Of a stretch of DNA of 64,000 nucleotides, positions 17,748-28,262 are shown piece by piece (position 1 is the stretch's first letter; the number at the start of each line of letters is the position of its first letter). A program made the position numbers and the translations under genes. This stretch comes from Bdellovibrionaceae bacterium UBA6502 (GTDB lineage Bacteria > Bdellovibrionota > Bdellovibrionia > Bdellovibrionales > UBA840). The stretch is taken from contig DJMA01000007.1 in NCBI GenBank assembly GCA_002436415.1, positions 17,912 to 81,911 of the forward strand, in the 5' to 3' direction. The notes under the pieces were generated by a model. It had not been told where the DNA came from. It saw only the letters and a list, made by a program, of their open reading frames with translations, and made no database searches.

Positions 17748-18236
17748 ATGGCAAAACAAAGCATTGTAAATCAATTAGAAGAATTAGCGGCTCCCTTTAT
17801 TGAAGAGCATGGATTGATTTTATATGATGCTGAAGCCGAGAACTCCTCCAAAACCCTACGTCTATTTATCGATAAAGAAAATGGCATCCAATTAGAAGAT
17901 TGTGAAAAAGTAGCCCGTAAGTTGGATGAAGCCTTAACAGAGGCTGAAGTGTATGGAGGAGACTTTACATTAGAAGTTTCCAGTCCTGGGGTTGAAAGAA
18001 AATTAAGAAAGAAATGGCACTTTGAAAAGGTGTTAGGAAAAAATATAGAGCTTAAACTCTTCGAAGCATTAGGAAGGATGCATGAGTCGGCACCAAAGTC
18101 GATTCACCGAGCAAAGACTTTGCAAGGTAAGTTGATATCCATCGAAGGGGATACTTTAAAAGTAGAAATTGAGAACGCGTCCTATGATCTTCCATTAGAT
18201 AAAGTGACAAAGGCTCATCTTGTCTATGATTTTTGA
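17748..18236 (+). CDS. rimP: ribosome maturation factor RimP
   Basis: The LEVSSPGVERKLRK motif is present, and the gene sits immediately upstream of nusA. Confidence 0.9.
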   Translation: MAKQSIVNQLEELAAPFIEEHGLILYDAEAENSSKTLRLFIDKENGIQLEDCEKVARKLDEALTEAEVYGGDFTLEVSSPGVERKLRKKWHFEKVLGKNIELKLFEALGRMHESAPKSIHRAKTLQGKLISIEGDTLKVEIENASYDLPLDKVTKAHLVYDF

Positions 18237-18246
18237 GAGGTAAGAA

Positions 18247-19704
18247 ATGGCAGAAGGTTTATTCTCTGACTTGAATCGTATGATCGAGCAGGTAGGTAAA
18301 GACAAAGGAATCGATAAGCAAATCGTAATCGATGCAGTGGTACAAGGAATGCTTGTAGCGGCTCGTAAAAAATATGGTTCCTACCGTGATATTGAGGCAA
18401 TGTACAATGACGATATCGGCGATGTTGAGTTGGTTGAGTTTAAGGAAGTTGTTTCTAAAGAAGACTTCATTGATGAAGAAGTTGAGATTATTTTAGAAGA
18501 AGCTCAAGAGCTTGATTCTGAAGCGCAAATTGGTGACTCCATTGGTATCCAATTGGATACAAAAGAGTTAGGGCGAATTGCTGCTCAAACGGCTCGTCAA
18601 ATTATCATTCAAAAAGTAAGAGATGCTGAGCGTGATGTAATCCACGAAGAGTTCTCGCAACGTGAGGGTGAAATCGCCAGTGGTATTGCTCGTCGTGTAG
18701 AGCGCGGGGCCATTGTTGTTGATCTAGGTCGTACGGAAGCTTATCTGCCATACCGTGAACAAATTCCTGGTGAGCAATTTAAGTCTGGAGATCGTATCCA
18801 AGGTTTCTTAAGTGAAGTTCGTCAAACCACTCGTGGACCACAGATTATTATGTCTCGTGCAGATGAGCGTTATTTGATGAAGCTTTTCGAAATGGAAGTT
18901 CCTGAAATTTATGACGGTATTGTAGAAATCGTTGCTGCGGCTCGTGAGCCAGGTCAACGTGCAAAAATTGCTGTTCGTACCAACGATCCATCGGTTGATC
19001 CAGTGGGTGCTTGTGTGGGTATGAAAGGTAGTCGTGTACAAAATATCGTACAAGAGCTTAAGGGTGAGAAAATTGATATTGTAATTTACGAAGAAGAAGT
19101 AACTCGCTTTGCTTGTAATGCTTTGGCTCCGGCTGAAATTTCAAAAGTATTTATCGATGAAGTAAGTCGTGCAATGGAAGTGGTTGTTCCAGATAACCAA
19201 TTAAGCTTAGCCATTGGTAAAAAAGGTCAAAACGTACGTTTGGCTGCCAAACTTACTGGATGGAAACTAGATATCGTTTCTGAGTCACAAGCGGCTTCTA
19301 AAGCAGCAGACGCTGTATTTAATTTGATGTTGGTTCCTGGAGTGAATGACACTCTTGCAACTTCTCTTTTTCAACATGGTTTTGGAAGTTTCCAATCCAT
19401 CGCGGATGCAAGTGCAGAAGAAGTTTCTCACATCCCAGGTTTTGATGAGTCTTCTGCTGGTAAACTAGTTGAGGAAGCGAAAAAGCTTGTAGAAAAATAT
19501 GCTGACGATGCGGAAAGCGTTCCAACTCGTCCTGAAGATACTAGCAGTGATGATAATTCTGTAAGTGCCGAAAGCGCTGCAGTTCCTGCTGGAAACGCTC
19601 GTGACCTTGCGGAGCAGAGACTTAAAGAAGGTCTTGCCGAGTTAGCTGGTGCTAGCGAAGCAAAAACAGATTCAGAAGCGGAAAGCACTGAAACAGCAGA
19701 GTAG
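18247..19704 (+). CDS. nusA: transcription termination/antitermination factor NusA
   Basis: The S1 and KH regions are recognisable (GDRIQGF..., DPVGACVGMKGSRVQNIVQEL.GEKIDIV, LAIGKKGQNVRLAAKLTGWKLDI). An acidic C-terminal tail follows. Confidence 0.95.
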   Translation: MAEGLFSDLNRMIEQVGKDKGIDKQIVIDAVVQGMLVAARKKYGSYRDIEAMYNDDIGDVELVEFKEVVSKEDFIDEEVEIILEEAQELDSEAQIGDSIGIQLDTKELGRIAAQTARQIIIQKVRDAERDVIHEEFSQREGEIASGIARRVERGAIVVDLGRTEAYLPYREQIPGEQFKSGDRIQGFLSEVRQTTRGPQIIMSRADERYLMKLFEMEVPEIYDGIVEIVAAAREPGQRAKIAVRTNDPSVDPVGACVGMKGSRVQNIVQELKGEKIDIVIYEEEVTRFACNALAPAEISKVFIDEVSRAMEVVVPDNQLSLAIGKKGQNVRLAAKLTGWKLDIVSESQAASKAADAVFNLMLVPGVNDTLATSLFQHGFGSFQSIADASAEEVSHIPGFDESSAGKLVEEAKKLVEKYADDAESVPTRPEDTSSDDNSVSAESAAVPAGNARDLAEQRLKEGLAELAGASEAKTDSEAESTETAE

Positions 19705-19801
19705 TTCTTTTTGAACTACTCTATATATTGAATGATTTTTTTAATTTATTTTTGAGATTTGTTTAAAGGCAATTTGGTTTTAAGCAGACATCAGGAGAAA
19801 C

Positions 19802-22645
19802 ATGGCACAACCTAAAGTATATGAATTTGCAAAAGAAATTGGAGTGGAAACCATTACGTTGATGGATAAATTACGTAAGTGGGACCTACCAATTAAGAGT
19901 CATATGTCGGCTCTAAGCCCTGAGCAAATTGAGACCATCAAAGAAAAACTAAAAACGGAAGGTGGCGATGTTGCTCCTGCTGCTAGCGCAAAAAAGAAAG
20001 TAGCGAAAAAGAAAACCGCGGCAAAGAAGAAAACAGTTGCTAAGAAAAAGGCTACTGCTTCTAAGAAAGTTGTGAAGAAAAAGGCTGACTCCTCTGCCTC
20101 TGCCGACGATAAATCTCGAAAAGTAATTCGAAGAAAAGCGGGTGCTGCACAACAAGCGGAAAAAGCAATCGAAGCAGCCGAAGCGAAGAGAAAATCAAAA
20201 GAATTAGCCGCACAAAAAGAAGCGGAAGCAAAAGCGGCTGAAGCAGCAGCACTAGAAGCAGCTGCGGCTCAAGAAAATACAGAAGTGGAAGCTGATGAGC
20301 AAGCAACTGCAGTTCAAGAGCTTGCCCAAGAAACCGAAACTCAAGCAGCGGCAGCTCCAGAAGAAGTTGTGGAGCCAGTACGTGAGTTGACGGAAGTTGA
20401 GAAAGTTTCTGAAAAGATTGAAGAGAAACAAAAAGAAAAACGCAAAGCGATGCAGGAAAAGCGTAGAGGTAAGATTTTAGGTAAGGTCGACCTTTCTAAG
20501 ATTAAGCCACCTTCATCTGCTAGAAATAAAACAGATCGCCCACCAAGAGGTGGTTCTGGTGGTGGTTCACGTCCAAACGTGAACCTAGATCAGCAAGCTG
20601 CTGCCTCGGCAGGACCTGTTGGAGCAAGAGATAAAAAATCAGCTCCGCGTATGAGGTCTGTAGATATGTCCCGTGATTCTCGTGGGGCAGCGGCAGCGGC
20701 TGCAGCAGCGGCTAAAAAGAAAGGCAACCTTAAGGGAGCAGATGAGCAAACTCGTTTGATGTCGGAAGGTTCTGCTTTTAATCGTACAGAGTTCAGAAAA
20801 CGTGAGATCGTTTTCCAGCCGAAAAAGAAAATGCAAGACTTGGGACGTGAAGCTATGAAGACTGAAATTACAAAACCAAAAGCTTCAAAGCGTATTGTTA
20901 AAGTTCACGGTTCCATGAAAGTGGCTGATCTAGCGCAAGAGATGAAAGTTAAAACAGGCCAATTGGTTTCTTTCTTAATGAAACAAGGAATCCAAGCTCG
21001 CCAAAATGATGAAGTTGATTTTGATACAATCGCGTTGATTGCGCCAGAGTTTGATCATGAGGCTGTAAATACATATAAAACGGTAGAAGAACTAGTTGAA
21101 GAAAGCGTACAAATGAAAGACGAGAACCTTGTTCCTAGAGCCCCAGTGGTAACGGTAATGGGTCACGTGGATCACGGTAAAACTTCTATTCTTGATGCCA
21201 TTCGTAATGCCAACGTAACTGAAGGCGAAGCTGGTGGAATCACACAGCATATTGGTGCATATCGTGTGAAGGTTCCAAATGGTAATATGGTTACTTTTCT
21301 AGATACTCCTGGTCACGCCGCTTTTACGCAAATGCGTGCTCGTGGTGCTAGCGTAACAGATATCGCAGTGATTGTTGTGGCTGCAGATGATGGATTGATG
21401 CCGCAAACGCAAGAGGCAATTAATCACGCAAAAGCTGCTGGTGTACCAATCATCGTAGCAGTGAATAAAATGGATAGACCAAATGCTAATCCAGACAAAA
21501 TCAAACAACAGTTAACTGAGTTTGAATTGATCCCAGAAGAGTGGGGTGGAAGCACAATGTTTATCGAAACGGTAGCCATTGAAGGCAAGGGGATTCCTGA
21601 GCTTTTAGAGGCGATCGACTTGCAAGCAGAGCTTCTTGAGCTTAAGGCAAATCCTAAGCGTAGTATGAAAGGGGTTGTGATTGAGTCTAAGATGGTGAAA
21701 GGTCGCGGTATTGTGGCTACAATCTTAGTACAAGATGGAACTCTAAATAAATCAGATTATTTAGTTGCTGGTACAGCTTTTGGCCGTGTTCGTGCCATGT
21801 TGGATGATAAGGGTAAGCAGATGAAATCTGCTGGTCCTGGTGTTCCAGTTGAAATTTTAGGTTTGAACGATTCTCCACTTGCAGGGGACGAAGTAAATAC
21901 CACTGCAAAAGAGCGTCAGGCTGAAGAAATTGCGAACCAACGTTTAGAAGAGAAAAAAGCAGAAGAGCAAAAAGTGAAGAGTCCGAAAGTTTCTTTAGAA
22001 GATCTTTTTGCTGGAGTTGTAAACAACGAAGTGAAAGAGCTTCCTGTTGTTCTTAAAACAGACGTTGTTGGTAGTGGCGAGGCGATTAAAAATCTTTTTG
22101 ATAAAGAGAAGTCTGAAAAAGTAAAAATTAATGTAATTCACTCTGCAGTGGGTGGAATTACGGAAAGTGATATTCTTTTGGCAAGTACTTCCGGTGCAAT
22201 GGTCATCGGATTTAACGTGGGTGCTGAAGGTACTGCGAATAATGCCGCGAAAAAAGAAGGTATCCAAATTAAACGTTACAATATTATTTATGAACTAGCA
22301 GACGATATTCGTGCTGCGATGAAAGGTATGTTAGATCCAGACATCGTTAACGAAGACATTGGTCAGGCTGAAGTTCGTGATTTATTTAAAGTTCCAAATC
22401 TTGGCTTCATTGCTGGTTGTATGGTGACAGATGGAAAAGCTCGTCATGATGCATTGGTAAGAGTAGTTCGAGATGGAAAACAGATTTACGATGGAAAAGT
22501 CGCCAGTCTAAGACGCTTCAAAGATCAGGCAAAAGAAGTCGCATCCGGTTACGAATGCGGTATTGGCATCGAGAATTTCAACGACATTAAGGTAGGTGAC
22601 AATTTCGAATTCTATGTGAAGAAAGAAGTAGAAGCGGAGTTGTAA
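19802..22645 (+). CDS. infB: translation initiation factor IF-2
   Basis: The G domain is VMGHVDHGKTSILD, DTPGHAAF and NKMD. The N-terminal region is Lys/Ala/Glu-rich. The position after nusA is conserved. Confidence 0.97.
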   Translation: MAQPKVYEFAKEIGVETITLMDKLRKWDLPIKSHMSALSPEQIETIKEKLKTEGGDVAPAASAKKKVAKKKTAAKKKTVAKKKATASKKVVKKKADSSASADDKSRKVIRRKAGAAQQAEKAIEAAEAKRKSKELAAQKEAEAKAAEAAALEAAAAQENTEVEADEQATAVQELAQETETQAAAAPEEVVEPVRELTEVEKVSEKIEEKQKEKRKAMQEKRRGKILGKVDLSKIKPPSSARNKTDRPPRGGSGGGSRPNVNLDQQAAASAGPVGARDKKSAPRMRSVDMSRDSRGAAAAAAAAAKKKGNLKGADEQTRLMSEGSAFNRTEFRKREIVFQPKKKMQDLGREAMKTEITKPKASKRIVKVHGSMKVADLAQEMKVKTGQLVSFLMKQGIQARQNDEVDFDTIALIAPEFDHEAVNTYKTVEELVEESVQMKDENLVPRAPVVTVMGHVDHGKTSILDAIRNANVTEGEAGGITQHIGAYRVKVPNGNMVTFLDTPGHAAFTQMRARGASVTDIAVIVVAADDGLMPQTQEAINHAKAAGVPIIVAVNKMDRPNANPDKIKQQLTEFELIPEEWGGSTMFIETVAIEGKGIPELLEAIDLQAELLELKANPKRSMKGVVIESKMVKGRGIVATILVQDGTLNKSDYLVAGTAFGRVRAMLDDKGKQMKSAGPGVPVEILGLNDSPLAGDEVNTTAKERQAEEIANQRLEEKKAEEQKVKSPKVSLEDLFAGVVNNEVKELPVVLKTDVVGSGEAIKNLFDKEKSEKVKINVIHSAVGGITESDILLASTSGAMVIGFNVGAEGTANNAAKKEGIQIKRYNIIYELADDIRAAMKGMLDPDIVNEDIGQAEVRDLFKVPNLGFIAGCMVTDGKARHDALVRVVRDGKQIYDGKVASLRRFKDQAKEVASGYECGIGIENFNDIKVGDNFEFYVKKEVEAEL

Positions 22646-23025
22646 TGTCAGAAAAAAGTGTGAACCGAATGGATAAGGTAGAGCGTGAAGTTCGTGCTCT
22701 ACTTTCACAGTATTTCATTAAAGAAATACCATTTCATACAGATGCTTTAGTAAGCCTTTCTACGGTAAAGGTGACTAAAGATCTAAGAAACGCAAATGTA
22801 TACGTGAGCGTACTGGGTGAAGATGGCGATGCTGATGAGGCATTGCAAATCGTTCAGTCGCTAAGACGTGATATCCAAGCTCATCTTTCAAAAAATCTTC
22901 GAACTAAGTACATTCCTAAACTTCAGTTTTTCTTAGATGATACGGTAGCTGAAAACTTTCGTATTATGGGAAAATTAAAAGACTTAGGATATGAAACTAG
23001 TGCGGATGATTTTATCGAATCTTAA
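22645..23025 (+). CDS. rbfA: ribosome-binding factor A
   Basis: The ATG overlaps the infB stop. The sequence is RbfA-like (VTKDLRNANVYVSVLG) and 126 aa long. Confidence 0.9.
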   Translation: MSEKSVNRMDKVEREVRALLSQYFIKEIPFHTDALVSLSTVKVTKDLRNANVYVSVLGEDGDADEALQIVQSLRRDIQAHLSKNLRTKYIPKLQFFLDDTVAENFRIMGKLKDLGYETSADDFIES

Positions 23026-23219
23026 GATTTAAAAGTCATTGGAAGGATCTTCTCTAGTTTTTGCTGGATGAAGCCTCCTTCTTTTTAGGGATAGTAAAGA
23101 GTCTTTTTGTTTTTCAGCCTAGTTTGAAAAAAAAAAGAAGCTTTATGTGTCTTAGCTCCAAACTTTAATTTGCAGTTTAAATGAATGTAAAAATAGGGCA
23201 GATGCCTAAGGAAGTTAGA

Positions 23220-24218
23220 ATGGCAAAAAAATCCAAGCCAGCACCATTTCACGGATTAGTTCTTTTGGATAAACCAGAGGGGATCACTAGCCATGACTTA
23301 GTAGGAAAGCTAAGAAAACTACTTCAAACAAAAACAATTGGTCATGCAGGAACTTTGGACCCGATGGCTACAGGCTTAATGGTACTTTTGGTTGGTGATG
23401 CAACGAAGTTTTCTAATTATATTCTGAGAGGCGACAAAGCTTATGAGGCGGAAGTTAGCTTAGGAAGGATCACAGACACTTGGGATCGCACTGGGGAGAC
23501 TCAGAGTACTGCGGCAGTGGATTGGAGTGAGTCTAAGATTCAAGAAATTTGCAAAACAATGCAAGGGGAACTAGAGCTTCCTTTGCCGATATTTTCTGCT
23601 GTAAAAAAAGACGGAAAAAAGCTCTATGAATACGCCAGAGAAGGTAAAGAAATCGAAGAGATCATAAGGCCTATGAACTTTAGAGAGCTCGAACTTTTAT
23701 CTATGAATGCACAAGATTTTAGTTTTCGAGTAAGGCTTAGATGTGAGAAAGGTGGTTACATTCGTTCTTGGGCTAAGGTTTTCGGAGATCGTTTCGGCTG
23801 TGGGGCAAATTTGTCTGCTTTAAGACGTTCATTTTCTGAGCCCTACACCATAGATCTTGCGCAGACTTTTGATGAATTTGCCAAGGATTACCAAGCTGGC
23901 GTAAAGCCGAAGGCTTTGGTTCCACTAGAAAACTGCCTTGAAACATGGCCAGAGCTTTATATTGATGGTCGTGATGAAAAGATGCTTATGAACGGTGCTA
24001 TTACCGACTCTGTACAAAGAAGAATGCAGTGGATAGATCGTGAAGGAATGGAATGTGGGCGTTTTGATCTAAGTGATCGAGATAAGCTAGGAATTAAGGT
24101 TTTGTCTTGTAAATCCAAGCGAATTTTAGCTTTAATGGTGCCTAAAGACCAAGCTAGCTATAAAATCGCTAGGGTTTTCCGTGTAAGCCATTCAGACATG
24201 CCTGAGAATGCTCAGTAA
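23220..24218 (+). CDS. truB: tRNA pseudouridine(55) synthase TruB
   Basis: GLVLLDKPEGITSHD and the catalytic-Asp motif GHAGTLDPMATG are present. The start was moved to the Met preceded by AAGGAAG. The maximal ORF begins at 23181. Confidence 0.92.
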   Translation: MAKKSKPAPFHGLVLLDKPEGITSHDLVGKLRKLLQTKTIGHAGTLDPMATGLMVLLVGDATKFSNYILRGDKAYEAEVSLGRITDTWDRTGETQSTAAVDWSESKIQEICKTMQGELELPLPIFSAVKKDGKKLYEYAREGKEIEEIIRPMNFRELELLSMNAQDFSFRVRLRCEKGGYIRSWAKVFGDRFGCGANLSALRRSFSEPYTIDLAQTFDEFAKDYQAGVKPKALVPLENCLETWPELYIDGRDEKMLMNGAITDSVQRRMQWIDREGMECGRFDLSDRDKLGIKVLSCKSKRILALMVPKDQASYKIARVFRVSHSDMPENAQ

Positions 24219-24349
24219 ATCAGTGAAAAGACTTGCAAAACAAGCTTTAAATAGATAAAAGTTAGCAAAATTAACAGCTCTCTATAGCGATCGCCATGAC
24301 GTTATTTTGTATAAGGCAAAACATGAGGGTTTATTCTTCGGAGGTAAAA

Positions 24350-24619
24350 ATGGCAGTAACAAAACAAAGAAAAGAAGAGATCATCGCAAAGTTTGGTTTA
24401 AAAGCAGGTGATACTGGAAGTCCAGAAGTTCAAGTGGCTTTGATGACTGAGAGAATCCTTGATCTAAATGATCACTTCAAATCAAACAAACAAGACAAGC
24501 ATTCTCGTCGTGGTTTGATTGGTCTTGTAAACAAAAGAAGAAAACTTCTTGAGTATTTAAAAGGCAAAGACCTAGACCGTTATCAAAAAACGATTCAAGA
24601 ATTAGGTTTAAGAAAATAA
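24350..24619 (+). CDS. rpsO: 30S ribosomal protein S15
   Basis: [12 protein letters not shown]...[19 protein letters not shown]...[11 protein letters not shown] is S15-like. A GGAGG sequence lies 6-7 nt upstream. The product is 89 aa. Confidence 0.95.
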   Translation: MAVTKQRKEEIIAKFGLKAGDTGSPEVQVALMTERILDLNDHFKSNKQDKHSRRGLIGLVNKRRKLLEYLKGKDLDRYQKTIQELGLRK

Positions 24620-24627
24620 AATATCAA

Positions 24628-24654
24628 GGTCCGCAGTCTCTGCGGACCTTTTTT
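24628..24654 (+). terminator. intrinsic terminator after rpsO
   Basis: The hairpin ggtccgca-gtctc-tgcggacc is followed by tttttt. Confidence 0.8.
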
Positions 24655-24790
24655 AATGATGCAAGGGGGCTGCAGTAAGAGTATTCGCTCTAAATTGGTG
24701 TTTTTAAAAAGTTGAAACCAGCAATTTAGTGCAAATCTCAAGATGCTAGCTCCTGACAACATGATTCATTCATTTTAAGGAGAAGACTCT

Positions 24791-26899
24791 ATGAATCCAA
24801 CAACTGTGACTAGAAAAGTCGGAAATCACGAAATCACAATCGAAACAGGAAAGATGGCGAAGCAAGCTGATGGTGCAGTACTTGTTAGCTGTGGAGATAA
24901 CAAAGTTTTAGTAACTGTTGTATCTTCTAAAAGAGAATCTACTTTAGATTTCTTTCCTTTAACGGTTGAATACCAAGAGCGTTTTTATGCTGCTGGTAAA
25001 ATCCCAGGTGGATTTTTTAAACGTGAAGGAAAACCAAGTACTGACAGTGTATTAACTTGTCGTTTGATTGACCGTCCACTTCGTCCAAAATTTCCAGAAG
25101 GTTATAACCAAGAAACTCAAGTAGTTGCTACCGCTTTAAGTACTGATGGTGAATTTCCATTAGCATCTCTTGCTGGTATCGGTGCTTCCACGGCATTTCA
25201 CATCAGTGATGTTCCTTTTGAAGGGCCTGTAGGTTATATCGAAGTAGGTCGCGTAGATGGAAACTTCATCGCTAACCCAACTCCAGAGCAAAAAGAAACT
25301 GGTGATATGGAAATTTTTGTAGCGGCAACACCAGAAGGTATTTTGATGGTGGAAGGTGAGACTAAATTTGTAAAAGAAGCCGACATTTTAGCGGGTCTTA
25401 AATTTGCTCACGAAGCTTTACAACCAGTTTTCGAAATGCAAAACGAATTGCGTGAAACTTTAGGAAGAGAAAAACGCCCTTACGCTCCAAAAGAGTTTAA
25501 TGCTGATTTCAAAACAAAAGCAGAAGAGTTTTTGGTTCCTAAAATCAAAGAAGCCCTTTCTATCACTGAGAAAATGGCTCGTTACGCTGCTGTAGATGCC
25601 GCTGCAAAAGAGGCGAAAGAAGTTTTATTAGCAGATGTTGCTGAAGAAAACTTAGCTGAATTCTCTAAGGATTTAGGTGCGATCATTGGTGATGTTAAAT
25701 ACCGTGTAGCTCGTGATATGGCTTTAAAAGAGAAAAAACGTATTGATGGACGTTCATTTACAGAAGTACGTCCGATCCACACAGAAGTAAATATGCTTCC
25801 TCGTGCTCATGGTTCGGGATTATTTACTCGTGGTGAAACTCAAGTATTAGGTGTTGTGACTCTAGGAACTGGAGATGACGCACAAACTTTAGATAACCTT
25901 TCTGGAAACTCCAAAAAGCATTTCTTATTGCACTACAATTTCCCTCCTTTCTCTGTAGGGGAAGCAGGTCGCATGGGTGGTCAGTCTCGTCGTGAAATTG
26001 GTCATGGATCTTTAGCGGAAAGAGCTTTGAAACAAGTTTTACCAACACAAGAAGAATTCCCGTATGTTATCCGTGTGGTTTCTGAAGTTTTAGAAAGTAA
26101 TGGTTCTAGCTCGATGGGTACCGTTTGCTCTGGATCAATGGCTTTACAAGATGCCGGTGTTCCAATTAAAGGAAACGTTTCCGGTGTGGCTATGGGTCTT
26201 ATTAAAGAAGGCGATGACTACGTTGTATTAACAGATATCTTAGGCGATGAAGATCACCTAGGTGACATGGACTTTAAAGTTGCTGGTACACGTGAAGGGA
26301 TCACTTCTTTACAAATGGATATCAAAATAGACTCTGTGACTTTTGAGATTATGGAAACAGCTCTAGCACAAGCTTTTGATGGACGTATTCATATCTTGGA
26401 CGAAATGGAAAAAACCATTAAAGAATCTCGTGGTGAAGTTTCTGAATACGCTCCACGTATCGATACAATGAAAGTACACCCAGATAAAATCCGTGAAATC
26501 ATTGGTGCTGGTGGTAAAGTGATTAAAGGTATCGTTGAAGAGACTGGTGCTAAGATTGAAATTCTTGATGATGGAACGGTTAATATTGCTTCTACTCAAA
26601 AAGAATCTCGTGAAAAAGCTCGCGCTATGATTGAAGACATTATTGCTGAAGCAGAAGAAGGAAAGACTTATAAAGGTAAAATTGCTAAAATCACTGATTT
26701 TGGTGCTTTCGTTGAAATTCTTCCTAACACAAGTGGTCTTTTGCACATCAGTGAAATCGCTCACGAAAGAATTCGTAGCGTAAGTGATGTTTTAAAAGTA
26801 GGTGAAGAGTTAGACGTTAAGGTTCTTGAAGTAGATAAGTACGGAAAGATCAAACTTTCTCGTAAAGCTTTACTAGAAAAGCCTGAACAAAATAACTAA
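24791..26899 (+). CDS. pnp: polyribonucleotide nucleotidyltransferase (PNPase)
   Basis: Two RNase PH domains are present, followed by a KH domain (IGAGGKVIKGI) and an S1 domain (GKIAKITDFGAFVEI). The product is 702 aa and the position after rpsO is conserved. Confidence 0.97.
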   Translation: MNPTTVTRKVGNHEITIETGKMAKQADGAVLVSCGDNKVLVTVVSSKRESTLDFFPLTVEYQERFYAAGKIPGGFFKREGKPSTDSVLTCRLIDRPLRPKFPEGYNQETQVVATALSTDGEFPLASLAGIGASTAFHISDVPFEGPVGYIEVGRVDGNFIANPTPEQKETGDMEIFVAATPEGILMVEGETKFVKEADILAGLKFAHEALQPVFEMQNELRETLGREKRPYAPKEFNADFKTKAEEFLVPKIKEALSITEKMARYAAVDAAAKEAKEVLLADVAEENLAEFSKDLGAIIGDVKYRVARDMALKEKKRIDGRSFTEVRPIHTEVNMLPRAHGSGLFTRGETQVLGVVTLGTGDDAQTLDNLSGNSKKHFLLHYNFPPFSVGEAGRMGGQSRREIGHGSLAERALKQVLPTQEEFPYVIRVVSEVLESNGSSSMGTVCSGSMALQDAGVPIKGNVSGVAMGLIKEGDDYVVLTDILGDEDHLGDMDFKVAGTREGITSLQMDIKIDSVTFEIMETALAQAFDGRIHILDEMEKTIKESRGEVSEYAPRIDTMKVHPDKIREIIGAGGKVIKGIVEETGAKIEILDDGTVNIASTQKESREKARAMIEDIIAEAEEGKTYKGKIAKITDFGAFVEILPNTSGLLHISEIAHERIRSVSDVLKVGEELDVKVLEVDKYGKIKLSRKALLEKPEQNN

Positions 26900-26917
26900 T
26901 TTCTAAAAATCAAATGG

Positions 26918-26952
26918 CCGAGTGTTGTCAGAAGCTGCACTCGGTTTTTTTT
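26918..26952 (+). terminator. intrinsic terminator after pnp
   Basis: The hairpin ccgagtg-N13-cactcgg is followed by tttttttt. Confidence 0.65.
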
Positions 26953-26963
26953 ATCTCAAAAAT

Positions 26964-28262
26964 ATGTCGAACGAAATTCAATACAAACGAATCCAATTAG
27001 AAAATGGCCTTAAAGTGGTTGGTGAGATTCATCCTTACGGGAATGCTGTAAGTTTAGGTTTTGCTTTAAGCCTTGGTTCCAGAGATGAGCAAGATGCTGA
27101 TTTACAAGGTGCTTGTCATTTACTAGAGCATTTGTGTTTTAAGTCGACAGAAAAATATAACTCCTTCGAGTTAGTAAATAAGTGGGAAAGTCGTGGGGGA
27201 GACCTCAATGCTTTTACGGCAAAAGAGTATACTTGTTTTCATGCTTATGGACTAAAAGAAGATTTAGAAATGGGTCTAGATATTTTGACTCAAATTGTTT
27301 TTTATAACAATTGGAGTGAGAAAGATTTTAAGGCCGAGCAAAGTGTAGTGTCTCAAGAAATATTAGTGAGTCATGATAACCCTGAGGACTTTCTCTTTGA
27401 TGACTTTACTTCAAAGTATTTCGAAGGTGGTCCAATGGCTCACCCAATCTTTGGCAGCATTGAGTCTGTTAGAGATATGGATATTGATAAGTTGAGAGCT
27501 TTTCAAGAAATGTACTACCGTCCAGAGAACTGTGTCCTAGCTGTTGCCGGGAATTTCGATTGGGAAGAGTTAATTAAAATACTCCCTAAATTTCTACCAA
27601 AGTCAAAATCAGAATTTATAGACAATAGAGTATATCCTCCGCTTCGCGGAAACTCCTTTTTGCATTTTGAAAAACGTAAATCCCATCACAATCACTTTTT
27701 AATGAGCTATCCTTCCCATAGTTTGCGAGAGGGCAGGTTTTTTGAAAGTAGTATTTTGACCAATCATTTGAGCGGTGGAATGAATTCTTTGCTATTTCAA
27801 AAAATACGAGAAGACCGAGCTCTGTGTTACCAAATTAGCGCCAGTTATGGTCCTAGCCAGCAAGCGGGAATGTTTTCTTTATATTCGTCAACCCAAGAAG
27901 ATAAATTGATTGCCTTGGTAGAAGAGAGCTTGTCTTTATTAAAAGAGATCAAAGAGAATTCATTGCAGCAATCCGAGATAGATGCCAGTGCCGAACAAAT
28001 TCGTTGTGGGCTTTTGCTAGGGGAAACTGACATTGATTCTAGAATGAATAGCCTGATCTATGACGAAATTTTTTCTAGAGAGTATTTGAGCGTAGAGCAA
28101 CTGATTGAAGGTTTGCAAAAGGTAGATAGTGATTCTATGCGAGAATATTTGCAAAAGTATTTTGAACTAGAACGTTCTTCTTTTTACTTTTTTGGAAGCC
28201 TTAACATTAGCACACAGAAGTCTTTAGAATCCGTGTGCTCTCGTTTTATGCTGGATGCTTAA
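26964..28262 (+). CDS. M16 family (pitrilysin-like) zinc peptidase
   Basis: The inverted zinc motif HLLEHLCF (HxxEH) is present. The start was moved to the Met after the pnp terminator. The maximal ORF begins at 26922. Confidence 0.8.
   Translation: MSNEIQYKRIQLENGLKVVGEIHPYGNAVSLGFALSLGSRDEQDADLQGACHLLEHLCFKSTEKYNSFELVNKWESRGGDLNAFTAKEYTCFHAYGLKEDLEMGLDILTQIVFYNNWSEKDFKAEQSVVSQEILVSHDNPEDFLFDDFTSKYFEGGPMAHPIFGSIESVRDMDIDKLRAFQEMYYRPENCVLAVAGNFDWEELIKILPKFLPKSKSEFIDNRVYPPLRGNSFLHFEKRKSHHNHFLMSYPSHSLREGRFFESSILTNHLSGGMNSLLFQKIREDRALCYQISASYGPSQQAGMFSLYSSTQEDKLIALVEESLSLLKEIKENSLQQSEIDASAEQIRCGLLLGETDIDSRMNSLIYDEIFSREYLSVEQLIEGLQKVDSDSMREYLQKYFELERSSFYFFGSLNISTQKSLESVCSRFMLDA

Noticed and set aside
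20040-20720. Lys/Ala/Glu-rich and poly-Ala (AAAAAAAA) repetitive coding sequence.
   Set aside because: It lies in the N-terminal, poorly conserved region of IF-2, where such low-complexity tracts are normal. It is not a repeat element or a CRISPR array.
23181-24218. TruB looked long, suggesting an unusual C-terminal extension.
   Set aside because: After moving the start to the Shine-Dalgarno-supported Met (23220) the protein is 332 aa. That is only modestly longer than typical TruB with its PUA domain, so it is not remarkable.
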